Shown here one piece after another: positions 35,858 through 44,771 of a stretch of 48,280 nt of DNA. The translations under genes and the position numbers were made by a program. Each line of letters starts with the position of its first letter. Within the stretch, counting starts at the first letter, position 1. This stretch comes from Candidatus Bipolaricaulia bacterium (GTDB lineage Bacteria > Bipolaricaulota > Bipolaricaulia > RBG-16-55-9), in assembly GCA_042219045.1 (NCBI GenBank), contig JBDGQO010000089.1, positions 1 to 48,280 on the forward strand, given 5' to 3'. The notes beneath the pieces were generated by a model. It did not search any database, was not told where the DNA came from, and worked only from the letters and a program-made list of their open reading frames with translations.

Positions 35858-36515
35858 CGTCAGCCTCTCACCGACGCCGTCGATTGAACGCGTGGCGCTT
35901 CGGGTGATGGCCTCGCTCCTGCCGCTGATCGTCGCGTGGGGCATTCTCGCGCCCGTCTACAGCGGCGTGATCTTCCAGTTGGGTACCGCCGTGCTCGGCC
36001 TCGACCCGACCGTCAGCGTGACCATCGCCGAGAACGTCTCGGGCGTGCCGACGGTCTATCAGCTCGCCAACGGGGCGGAGCAGCCCGTCTTCCGCTTCGA
36101 TCGCGTCGGCCTCTTCTACAACACGATCGTGCTGCTGGCGCTGATGCTGGCCGTGCCCGGCTGGGGCTGGCGACGGCGAGCCCCTCGTCTGGGAATCGCG
36201 CTCGGGCTGTTGGCGCTCACGCACGTCGGCTTCGTTGCGCTCCAGACGAAGGCCCAGTTCATCAATCAGGGACTGATCGCAACCCCCAACGATGTGGCCT
36301 ACGCCGTCAACTGGCTGGCGGTGCTGTTCGGGCCGATCGGCAAAGGGCTCTTTCCGCTGGCGATCGCGTTCGGGCTGAGCTGGCCCAACTGGGCCGAGAC
36401 CTTCGGCTTGCGCATCGGGCTCCGCCAACGCCAGCCATTGGGCCGTGTCGGCCGGAACGATCCCTGTCCCTGCGGCAGCGGGCGCAAGCACAAGCGCTGC
36501 TGCGGATCAAGGTAG
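35850..36515 (+). CDS. Exosortase-associated membrane protein with a C-terminal SEC-C metal-binding motif
   Basis: ATG 35850 overlaps the exosortase end. Several TM helices, ending in VGRNDPCPCGSGRKHKRCCG. Confidence 0.75.
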   Translation: MASVSLSPTPSIERVALRVMASLLPLIVAWGILAPVYSGVIFQLGTAVLGLDPTVSVTIAENVSGVPTVYQLANGAEQPVFRFDRVGLFYNTIVLLALMLAVPGWGWRRRAPRLGIALGLLALTHVGFVALQTKAQFINQGLIATPNDVAYAVNWLAVLFGPIGKGLFPLAIAFGLSWPNWAETFGLRIGLRQRQPLGRVGRNDPCPCGSGRKHKRCCGSR

Positions 36516-36521
36516 GATGCC

Positions 36522-39500
36522 CTATCGCAGCACAAGCAACTTGCGCACGTCGCTGCGCCAAATCTCACCATGGACGCCTTCGACGGTCACCCGATAGAGG
36601 TAGACGCCGTTGGCCAAGGGACGCCCCGTCTGCTCGTCCAGCGCGCGCCATTCGAGTTGCGACCCTTGGGATCGCTCGTGGAACCGCGGGCGACCGCCGA
36701 GGTCGTAGCCTTGAACGGCCACGTTCTGGACGCCTTGGCCGCGGACGTTGAGGGTCCACCGATCGCCTGACGGGTGTTGGAGCTCGAGAGCCGAAACCTG
36801 CAATGCTCGGACAGGCCCATCCTGCTGGAGTTTGAATGCGATCGACTGGCCATCGGCGTCAACGAGGTGCCTCAATTGCAATTGGGGGCTCGCCGTCAAC
36901 GTGCTATTGTCAGTCACGAGGCGAAGGATCCGGTGGCTCCCCGTGAGGCTGTCTTGAGGGGCCAATGCCAAGAAACGGACTTCGCCTCGTTGCGAGTCAA
37001 TGCGGGAAGCCAGCACATCGTATCCATTGATTTCTTGGACCTTTTGCACGTTGAGTTCTTCCGGATCGTACTGGATACGCCCTTGGAAACCGCCGATTGA
37101 TGCCCCCGACACGCTAGCGGATAGTTCCCAGCTTCCGGCATACTGCGGACTCGGGGCCCACTTGAGCGTTGCTTCGTTCTGCTGTTGCAGACCAAGCGAC
37201 CGCATCAGCCAGTTCCACCATCCGGAAGACGTGTTCTTGACCCGAGTACTTGGCTGAGTGGATGAGGACACGTTGCCTTCTTGGAGTATGGCAAGCTCGG
37301 CAATCCGGCGCAGGTCCGCGGAGTTCAAGTCAATTTGGCCGTCAATTTCGAAAATGTTGGTCGATGAATTGCCTTGAGCACTCGCTTCATCGCTCGTGCA
37401 TGATGGGATTTTTCCATCCGGTGCCTTATCGCCCGCCTTAACCGTGCCCGCCACGTCGGCCACCAAGCGTTGTTCCTTGTTCAGCTTGTCGCAATCCGAG
37501 ATGAGCTGTTGGGCCAAGTTCAAAACGTCCTTAATGGTGATGGCGCTGTCCATGGTGACATCGCCGGGTGCCAGCAAGGTCACGCTCCCGGAATTGAGAA
37601 CCACTTGTTGCCCGATTGGCGAGCCACTGCCATCGATGATCTGACCAACTTGCAAGAGCAACGTGCTCTTAGTGCCCGGCTTTCCCCGAGGCGTGATTTC
37701 CAGATTGGCGAGGGTGAACACAGGATTGGTGGGATCGATCGGTTTCGTTGGCTGGCTGGTCACGAGGTTAAACCGGACTTTGCCTGAGCGGTTGTCAATC
37801 TCGACCGACTCCGTCTGATAGGGGTCCTTGGGCGATATTCCTTCAACTTGGATCACGTCGGGGTTGAACTGGACTTCCATGGTCTGAAGTTTCTTCAGAC
37901 CCACGTTTGGGACACGAACAGCCTCGATGCCGATATCGCTTCCCGCAATCCGTCGGTTTTGGATGCGAATGATGCCGCTGCCGATGATGGAGCTCTTTCG
38001 AACCTCAAATCGCGGGGCCAACTTTTGATCGAATGTTAGCCCCGATTCGTCGACGATTGCCGTCATGTTCGGCTGCAACGTCCGACCACGCAGAGCCGAA
38101 CGGCTCGCGATTGCGATGAGTGTGAAATGCTCACACTTGTCATCCGTTATCGTAATCGGGCCGCCAGTAAGGGTGACCCCGACACCACTCCGCGCTAGAC
38201 TGTTGGCAGGGAGCGGCGTGGGACTCGTCAATTGCCCCCCTGATCCGATCAGCTTGAGCTTGCGGATATCCTTTGCCGTCGCCGTGCCGGACGGCCCCTG
38301 TCGTACAATAACTTCCTTGAGCTTGAGCGAGTTTCCATTGCCGTCAACGGACTTCACCTTTCCTGTCGGATCAGAATGACCTCCGTCACAAATCCAGAAC
38401 TTGGCCACCTCCGGCTCTTGAGGTTGAGTTTGGGGAGGAATGGGGATGCTGCGGGATATGGACTGCCCAGATCGATGTAGGGAGTTAATGCCCCGATTCT
38501 GGATGCGATCGATCTGACTGTCGGTCAGGCTGACCCTCGAGTTGCCGAGTGAATCGAAGGGATTGGGCGGGTCTTCGTCAATCTCACTGTCGTTGTTGGG
38601 GTCGTCATTTCGGCCATTAATGGGATCTTCATCTTTATCCTGATCGTTCCTAGGATCGTCGTTCTCAAAGCCGCCTGTCGGATCTTCATCGGTTTTATTG
38701 TCGCCATCATTGTTCTGAAAATCAACGGGGTCCTCGTCAAATTTTCCATCACCATCGTCATCAACCGCATCTGGAGGATCTTCATCAACGCCATTCTTCC
38801 CGTCGTTATCGAAGTTATCAATGGGGTCTTCGTCAAATGAACCATCGTTATCGTCGTCCACGAGGTCTTCGTTGATACGTCCATCCTGGTCAGTGTCGGC
38901 AGGTTCCTCATAGAGAACCGTCGCTTGAAGTTGAAGGGAATGATTCCGTGCGTTGTCTCTAAGAAACCGGCTCTTCTCTGTCTTCACGGCAACCGAATAG
39001 GTTGCGCTGTTGCCATGGTTGATTTCAGCAGACGACGATTGAAGACCGCCTCCTCCTCGATAAAGGAAAGCTTCAAAAGAAACCGGCCCCCCGGCGGATG
39101 CACTTGGCGGACAAAAAGTGGATCTACCCGGCACTGGCAGTTGTCCGGGACTTGAGGTGCTGGTGGTCATTGGAGTGCCACCCTGGCGTGTCACCCGGAC
39201 ATCGGTGATATCTTGATTTGTTGCAGAGCCTAAATTTTGAAGCCGGATACAATAAATCGACACATCATTTGAGTCATTTCTTCGGCCGAGTGTATCGCGA
39301 ATCTTGAACCGGAAAATCGTGGTGAATTCGTTGGTAATTGGTGGATTCGACGGTTCTACGACAACGCTAGAGGTGTCATATACACCTGCCTTTTTCAAAG
39401 ATACCTCTTCGACTTCGACGTTGGCCTCTACTGAGAGCGTTAACGTTAGGAGTATCACTCCAACCACGAAGAAAGCGGTGAAAATTTGCTTGAAATTAAA

Positions 39501-39611
39501 AATATCGCGCCAACTCCGCGTTGCTGAGTTTGCGGCAAAGGAATGGATCACGTTATGCACCGCGCTCACCTCGCTTCCATCATGGCCATGTGCGGATTGT
39601 TGAAAAAGCAC
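36522..39611 (-). CDS. Large secreted protein: Asp-rich Ca-binding repeats, cohesin-like, dockerin-like, second cohesin-like domain, T9SS-like C-terminal domain
   Basis: Hydrophobic signal FFVVGVILLTLTLSVEA, DxDGD..DEDP repeats, QFNPDVIQV..IDNRSGKVRF, PGDVTMDSAITIKD..ADV..LNSAD, IQYDPEEL..IDSQRGEVRF, LANGVYLY...RKLLVLR. The true start is probably downstream of 39611. Confidence 0.8.
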   Translation of the reverse strand: MLFQQSAHGHDGSEVSAVHNVIHSFAANSATRSWRDIFNFKQIFTAFFVVGVILLTLTLSVEANVEVEEVSLKKAGVYDTSSVVVEPSNPPITNEFTTIFRFKIRDTLGRRNDSNDVSIYCIRLQNLGSATNQDITDVRVTRQGGTPMTTSTSSPGQLPVPGRSTFCPPSASAGGPVSFEAFLYRGGGGLQSSSAEINHGNSATYSVAVKTEKSRFLRDNARNHSLQLQATVLYEEPADTDQDGRINEDLVDDDNDGSFDEDPIDNFDNDGKNGVDEDPPDAVDDDGDGKFDEDPVDFQNNDGDNKTDEDPTGGFENDDPRNDQDKDEDPINGRNDDPNNDSEIDEDPPNPFDSLGNSRVSLTDSQIDRIQNRGINSLHRSGQSISRSIPIPPQTQPQEPEVAKFWICDGGHSDPTGKVKSVDGNGNSLKLKEVIVRQGPSGTATAKDIRKLKLIGSGGQLTSPTPLPANSLARSGVGVTLTGGPITITDDKCEHFTLIAIASRSALRGRTLQPNMTAIVDESGLTFDQKLAPRFEVRKSSIIGSGIIRIQNRRIAGSDIGIEAVRVPNVGLKKLQTMEVQFNPDVIQVEGISPKDPYQTESVEIDNRSGKVRFNLVTSQPTKPIDPTNPVFTLANLEITPRGKPGTKSTLLLQVGQIIDGSGSPIGQQVVLNSGSVTLLAPGDVTMDSAITIKDVLNLAQQLISDCDKLNKEQRLVADVAGTVKAGDKAPDGKIPSCTSDEASAQGNSSTNIFEIDGQIDLNSADLRRIAELAILQEGNVSSSTQPSTRVKNTSSGWWNWLMRSLGLQQQNEATLKWAPSPQYAGSWELSASVSGASIGGFQGRIQYDPEELNVQKVQEINGYDVLASRIDSQRGEVRFLALAPQDSLTGSHRILRLVTDNSTLTASPQLQLRHLVDADGQSIAFKLQQDGPVRALQVSALELQHPSGDRWTLNVRGQGVQNVAVQGYDLGGRPRFHERSQGSQLEWRALDEQTGRPLANGVYLYRVTVEGVHGEIWRSDVRKLLVLR
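38565..38897 (-). repeat. Seven degenerate coding repeats of type D-x-D-G-D-x-x-x-D-E-D-P
   Basis: DTDQDGRINEDL, DDDNDGSFDEDP, DNDGKNGVDEDP, DDDGDGKFDEDP, NNDGDNKTDEDP, DPRNDQDKDEDP, DPNNDSEIDEDP. Confidence 0.85.
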
Positions 39612-39803
39612 AGCCGATACGTCCGACCGGAACAGCCGTCACCTGTGGAAAAGAATTGCGGGTTGGGCCCGCCGTGATTTGATTGGCTACCATGCATCGA
39701 CGCAAGATCGATCAACGACGGGGTCCGACCCGAGGCCCTGTCCGGATGGAGCAAGAATCATGGTGTGCAGATGAACCATGGCCGTGAATTGGAGGGGCCG
39801 ATC

Positions 39804-42182
39804 ATGAACGTTCAACAGGTGCAACATCGCTGGCGGGTGGCACTCGTCGCCGCGTTAATCCTCAGCGGTCCGGCATGGCTCGGACTGGCCCAGGCCGGGT
39901 CGACGCTCGACTTGGCCAACCAGAGCGTGGACTTTAAGGTCGTGGCTCGCGACGGCGACGATCGGTTGGGAAGCGCCAAGACCATCGCCACGGGTGACTT
40001 CAATAACGACGGCACGACCGACTTTCTCCTCGGCGTGCCAGGCGGCGACGGCCCGAACGATCGCCGCCAGAACATCGGCGAGGCCTACATCATCTTCGGC
40101 CGCTCCGATCTGCCGTCCTCGTTCAACGTCGACGGCATTCCCGGCCCCGACGTCGTGATCTACGGCCAGGATCTGGGTGACCGCCTCGGCAGCACTACCG
40201 CAGCCGGCGACGTCAATGGCGACGGCATCGACGACGTGATTCTCAGCGCCCCCAATGCCAACGGCTCAGCCAACAACCGCGACGACGTCGGCGAAGTCGT
40301 CGTGCTCAACGGGCAGAGCTCCTGGCCTGACGAAATCGACTTGGGCAACACCTCGCCCGACCTGATCGTCTACAACAACCGCCAGCAGAGCAGCTTCGGC
40401 GCCTCCATGATCACGAACGACCTGAACGGCGACGCCATCCCCGACCTCGTCCTCGGCGATCCGGCCGCCAGCGGCAGCACGGGAGCGGCCTACGTGATCA
40501 ACGGCCATCAGGACATGCCCGATCGATTGGACATCGCCCGGCCGGACGACGTCAACGTCACGATCCAGGGAGCGGACACCGGCGATCGCTTGGGCCAATC
40601 GCTGGCCGGGGCCGACGTCAACGGCGACGGCATTGGAGACCTGATCGTCAGCGCTCCTCGAGCCGACGCCGCCCAGAACGACCGCCCCGACAGCGGCAGC
40701 GCCTTCGTCGTCCTCGGCCGCTCGGACCTGCCCGGGACCATCGACTTGGGGCAAACCAGTCCCGACGCGACGATCTTCGGGGCCGGCAATCAGAACCGGC
40801 TGGGCGCGAGCTTGGACGTCGGCGACCTCAACGGCGACGGCCTGCCCGACATCGCCGTCGGTGCCCCCGGGGCCGGAGGCCCCAACACCCAACAGGGCGG
40901 CGCGGGCTCCGTCCACGTCATTTACGGATCTCAGAGCCTGCAATCGCTGTATGATATGGACGCGGGCGATCAAGACGTGCGGATCAACGGCGCGCAAGCG
41001 CTGGAGAACGCCGGTGAATCCCTCGCCCTGTCCGACTTGGACCAGGACGGCCAACTTGACCTCATCATTGGGGCGCCCGGCGGCAGCGGCCCCGGCGGCG
41101 AACGGGCCCAATCGGGCACGGTCTACGTCGTCCGCAACGACAATGGATTTTCCAGCCAGCTTCGGTTGAGCTCCGGGGCCGACTTGGCCGTCTATGGCGC
41201 CAACGGAGGCGACACGCTCGGGGCGTCGTTGGACGCCGGAGCGGTCACCAACGGCAATGAGGGCGTCCTCCTCATGGGCGCTCCCGGCGTGGACTCCCAA
41301 GTCAACGGCCCCGACGCTGGCATCGTCTATCTCCTGCGCGCCGGTCCGATGATCCAGCCCAACCGAGCCCCGACCGCAAGCGCCGGCTCGGATCGGACCG
41401 TGACCGTCGGCACCGAGGTGCAACTGGACGGGTCCGGATCGAGCGATCCCGAGGGGGGCGAACTCAGCTTCGCCTGGACCCTGACGTCCCGGCCGTCGGA
41501 CAGCTCGGCCAGCCTCTCGGGGGCTAACACGGCCCAGCCCACGTTCACGCCCGACGTGGCGGGCGAGTACGTCGTCGAGCTGACCGTCGAAGATGGGCAG
41601 GGCGCCACGTCGACCGACAGCGTGCGCATTACCGCCCAAACCGAAGGCGATGGCGAACCGAGCGGGGACAACCCGGGCGACCTCGACGGCGACGGCGACG
41701 TCACGATCCTGGACGCTCGCATCGTCTGCGAAGCCGTCCTGGGCGACCGGAGCCTCAGCGAGTCGGAACGCGGGTTGGCCGACGTCGCCCCGCCCGAGGG
41801 CGAGATTACGCTCAAGGACGCCCAATGGATCGCCGACGCCGCGGTGGGCCGACGCTCGCTGAGCGCCCCCGCCGAGTCCTCGAACGGAAGCTCGATCCAG
41901 TCGCTGAAGCTGTTGGCGTTGAACGTCCTGAGCCAGCGCAACGGCGGCCTCGCGGTCCGCGCGACCGGCCTCGGCATCGATGCCGTGCGGTTGGGTGTCT
42001 ACAACTTGAACGGCCAGACCGCCTACCAAAGCGGCTGGAATGACGGATCCCGGCTCTCGTGGTCCGGGATGACCGATCGTGGCCGTCAGCTCGCCAACGG
42101 GGTCTATCTCGCTGCGGTCAGCGTTCGCGGCGAGGACGGCACGCTCCATCGCGAGATCCGTAAAGTCGTGATTCTGCGCTAA
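39804..42182 (+). CDS. Secreted FG-GAP/integrin-alpha beta-propeller + PKD + dockerin-like + T9SS-like C-terminal domain protein
   Basis: Signal peptide, about 7 repeats of (G/A)DxNGDG..D...GAP, APTASAG..LDGSGSSDPEG..AGEYVVELTV (PKD), PGDLDGDGDVTILDA..ADV..ITLKDA (dockerin), LANGVYL..RKVVILR. ATG 39804 follows GGAGG. Confidence 0.88.
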   Translation: MNVQQVQHRWRVALVAALILSGPAWLGLAQAGSTLDLANQSVDFKVVARDGDDRLGSAKTIATGDFNNDGTTDFLLGVPGGDGPNDRRQNIGEAYIIFGRSDLPSSFNVDGIPGPDVVIYGQDLGDRLGSTTAAGDVNGDGIDDVILSAPNANGSANNRDDVGEVVVLNGQSSWPDEIDLGNTSPDLIVYNNRQQSSFGASMITNDLNGDAIPDLVLGDPAASGSTGAAYVINGHQDMPDRLDIARPDDVNVTIQGADTGDRLGQSLAGADVNGDGIGDLIVSAPRADAAQNDRPDSGSAFVVLGRSDLPGTIDLGQTSPDATIFGAGNQNRLGASLDVGDLNGDGLPDIAVGAPGAGGPNTQQGGAGSVHVIYGSQSLQSLYDMDAGDQDVRINGAQALENAGESLALSDLDQDGQLDLIIGAPGGSGPGGERAQSGTVYVVRNDNGFSSQLRLSSGADLAVYGANGGDTLGASLDAGAVTNGNEGVLLMGAPGVDSQVNGPDAGIVYLLRAGPMIQPNRAPTASAGSDRTVTVGTEVQLDGSGSSDPEGGELSFAWTLTSRPSDSSASLSGANTAQPTFTPDVAGEYVVELTVEDGQGATSTDSVRITAQTEGDGEPSGDNPGDLDGDGDVTILDARIVCEAVLGDRSLSESERGLADVAPPEGEITLKDAQWIADAAVGRRSLSAPAESSNGSSIQSLKLLALNVLSQRNGGLAVRATGLGIDAVRLGVYNLNGQTAYQSGWNDGSRLSWSGMTDRGRQLANGVYLAAVSVRGEDGTLHREIRKVVILR

Positions 42183-42233
42183 CGCCAAGCGCATCCGCCC
42201 CGCATTCCGACAGCGGCCCAGAAACGCATCAAC

Positions 42234-42281
42234 GCCCGTTTCCGGCTCCCAGGGCGTAGGTGAGCCGGAAGCGGGTTTTTT
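42234..42281 (+). terminator. Rho-independent terminator
   Basis: Hairpin CCCGTTTCCGGCTC ... GAGCCGGAAGCGGG followed by TTTTTT, 50 nt after the stop at 42182. Confidence 0.8.
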
Positions 42282-42337
42282 GCGTCGTCGGATTGTCAGC
42301 TCACCTAAAGTTCGCGCTTCCCTCCCCTGTTACTGTC

Positions 42338-42410
42338 TGTGATTGACGTAACGCCCAGCACTTACACTAGCGGAGCGCAACGCTACGCTATGGGCGTAAC
42401 GCACGTCACA
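42338..42410. promoter_or_regulatory. Two degenerate CRP/FNR-type sites
   Basis: TGTGA-N6-TAACG (42338-42353) and CGTAA-N6-TCACA (42395-42410). Confidence 0.4.
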
Positions 42411-42569
42411 GCCCAGCGGCGATCATCGCATTGCTTGCGACCATTACCGGGAGGTGATGTCGCCCACAGGAGGTGCAGCACGCCGGTCGTTTACCGCTTG
42501 TTCTCCCATCCAGAATCTTGACGATCGGGCACGCTCCAGCATGTGGCGACCAACAGAGGAGGTTGGTGT

Positions 42570-44699
42570 ATGTCTCGATGTTACCCAATCCTAGCAGGGG
42601 GCCTGGTTCTCATCGGTGCCCTTGCGTTCAGCATCCCGGCCTTCGGCCAAGTCGAGGCCGAGGACCATGGCTACTCGGCCAAGACGATTGAGCCGGGCGA
42701 TGCCACGACGATGGACGACGTTCCCCGACCGGCCGCGCTCGGCTCGGGCGTCACGGTCATGCGCTTCACGTTGACCGACATCGATCCGCAAGCCGACGAC
42801 CCGAGCGACGTCAAGATCGACGAGTTCCGCATCCAGAATCTGGGAAGCGCCGACGAGACTGACATCGCCGAGATCATGTGCCTTGACGAGGACGGCAACG
42901 CCGTCGCGCCCTTGCTGACCTCGGTCAACCCCGGCCCGAACGCCAACGTCGGCTTTTCCGCCACCTGTGAGCTGGATGGCTTTGTGATTCCGGACGGCGA
43001 ATCGGAGACCTTCGAGATCGCGGTTCGGACGGTGGGAACCAACGAGCTCGAGGACGACGACCAGAACAACACGATCCGGCTCCGCGTCACGACCACCTAC
43101 AGCGAGACGGTCGGCAGCCCCCCGACCGACACGGACTTCACGACCGAAGTGACTGACAGCGCCGCCGAGCACATCTACAACGGCGGCATCAACGACGTCT
43201 CGGAAGGAAGCTTCGGCGTGGATTCGCTCATGCCCGGCGAGCAGGGTGTGGTCAGTCGATTCACCGTCTGCGACGACGACTCTAACGAGCATAACCTCGT
43301 CCTTGACCAGCTGAGGATCAAGCAGGGCGAGGACGGCACCGCCCTCTTTACCGACATCAGCAGCCTCGAGATCTATCGCATCGACAACATCCGTCGCACG
43401 CAGCTCGGCACCTTGACCCCGGATGCCGGTGCCAATCGAGGCGGCGCCAGCGACGCCCTGCTCTTGCCGACCTCCGTCTTCATTCAGGATGACACCTGCA
43501 CTACATTCGAAATCGAAGCCCAAATCAATCCTTTCGCGTTCAAAGGGAAAGTCATCCAGCTCAGCTATCAGCTGAGCGCCCAGGAACCGGTCAACTTCGA
43601 CATCGACGAAAGCGTCGACCGCGAGCTTGTCTCCAGTCAGCTCGTCTCCATCGGCAAGGGCCTCGTCCGGATCCCGGACGCCGTGATTCTCTCCCAGCGA
43701 AGCGGCGGCGGCACGGCCACGGCCGAGCTGCCGATCGAGGTCCAGGGCATTCCGCTGCCGGGCTTCGGCGCCCTCCAAGTTGGCCCCAAGGGCGCCGTCT
43801 CTTTCAACCCCGACGTCCTGCGGGTCACCGACATCGTCGGCGCGGACATCGACGGCGACGGCACCAACGACTACGTCGTCGAAGCGACCGACATCGACAA
43901 TCAGCGGGGCGAAGCCCGGTTCACAGTCCGCGCCACACAGTCGCTGGTCAATCGCGTCGGCGACTCAACCGCCCAGCCCGACGAACGGCCTGTGCAGAAC
44001 GGCCCGGTCGCGTACGTGCGCGTCGAAACCGTCGGCGATCCGGGCCAGAGCACCCGCATGACGATCCAATTCGACGAATTCAAGGATGCGCACAACCAAG
44101 TCCTGACGGAGGACGTCGGCACCGATGCGGGCCTTGTGGAAGTCGTCGCGCCCGGGGACGTCGATCAAGACGGATCGGTCGCCGTCAACGACGCGCTGTT
44201 TTTGGCCCGGCAACTGACCAACGACTGCGAGGACCTGAGCGACAAGCAGAAGCTGATCGCGGACGTGGCTGAACCGCGAGCTTCGACCGATGAAATCCCG
44301 GTGTGTGGCGACACGCTGACCTCCGCCGATGCCGCTCGGATTGCGCGCATCGCCATCGACGGATCGACCACCGCTACCGGCATCGGCTCCAATAGGGCGG
44401 ACACCGAGCCGACTGTCGAGGCCCTCAGCGTGAGCCGCATCCAGACGTCGCTCTTCAACCAAACGCTTGATGTGCAGGTCAACGGCCAAGGCATCGCCCG
44501 CACGGAGCTGGCCATGTACAACCTGTCCGGCCACCGCGTCTTTCAGAAGAGCTCAATCGGCTCAACGCTGCAAGCGCGTCTGCAGACCGACGCCGGGCAG
44601 CCGCTGGCCAACGGCGTCTACCTCTATCAGGTGACGGTCCGCGGCGCGGACGGACAGGTCGAGCGTAGCGGCGTGCGCAAGCTCGTGGTCATGAGGTAG
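42570..44699 (+). CDS. Secreted protein: two beta-rich domains + cohesin-like + dockerin-like + T9SS-like C-terminal domain
   Basis: Signal peptide ending IPAFG/Q, ELPIEV..SFNPDVLRV..IDNQRGEARF..GPVAYVRV (cohesin-like), PGDVDQDGSVAVNDA..ADV..LTSADA (dockerin), LANGVYLYQVTV..RKLVVMR. ATG 42570 follows GAGGAGG. Confidence 0.85.
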   Translation: MSRCYPILAGGLVLIGALAFSIPAFGQVEAEDHGYSAKTIEPGDATTMDDVPRPAALGSGVTVMRFTLTDIDPQADDPSDVKIDEFRIQNLGSADETDIAEIMCLDEDGNAVAPLLTSVNPGPNANVGFSATCELDGFVIPDGESETFEIAVRTVGTNELEDDDQNNTIRLRVTTTYSETVGSPPTDTDFTTEVTDSAAEHIYNGGINDVSEGSFGVDSLMPGEQGVVSRFTVCDDDSNEHNLVLDQLRIKQGEDGTALFTDISSLEIYRIDNIRRTQLGTLTPDAGANRGGASDALLLPTSVFIQDDTCTTFEIEAQINPFAFKGKVIQLSYQLSAQEPVNFDIDESVDRELVSSQLVSIGKGLVRIPDAVILSQRSGGGTATAELPIEVQGIPLPGFGALQVGPKGAVSFNPDVLRVTDIVGADIDGDGTNDYVVEATDIDNQRGEARFTVRATQSLVNRVGDSTAQPDERPVQNGPVAYVRVETVGDPGQSTRMTIQFDEFKDAHNQVLTEDVGTDAGLVEVVAPGDVDQDGSVAVNDALFLARQLTNDCEDLSDKQKLIADVAEPRASTDEIPVCGDTLTSADAARIARIAIDGSTTATGIGSNRADTEPTVEALSVSRIQTSLFNQTLDVQVNGQGIARTELAMYNLSGHRVFQKSSIGSTLQARLQTDAGQPLANGVYLYQVTVRGADGQVERSGVRKLVVMR

Positions 44700-44771
44700 A
44701 CCGCCATGAAACGAATCGAGACATGTGTTCAGACGACCCAAAAAGATTTTCCGCAAGGGAGGTTAGCTCGT

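Noticed and set aside
36444..36515. secA fragment suggested by the SEC-C motif
   Set aside because: Only the short terminal motif is present, fused in frame to a membrane protein. No SecA ATPase sequence is seen.
38565..38897. Periodic repeats as a possible CRISPR array
   Set aside because: The repeats are degenerate at DNA level, conserved at protein level and in frame within a CDS. No cas genes are present.
40266..42194. 642 aa minus-strand ORF (also 42591-43778, 46050-47588, 22250-23995)
   Set aside because: Antisense shadows of plus-strand genes that have clear signal peptides, RBSs and domain motifs.
42343..42368. TTGACG...TACACT as a sigma70 promoter
   Set aside because: The spacer is only 14 nt, too short for a standard promoter.
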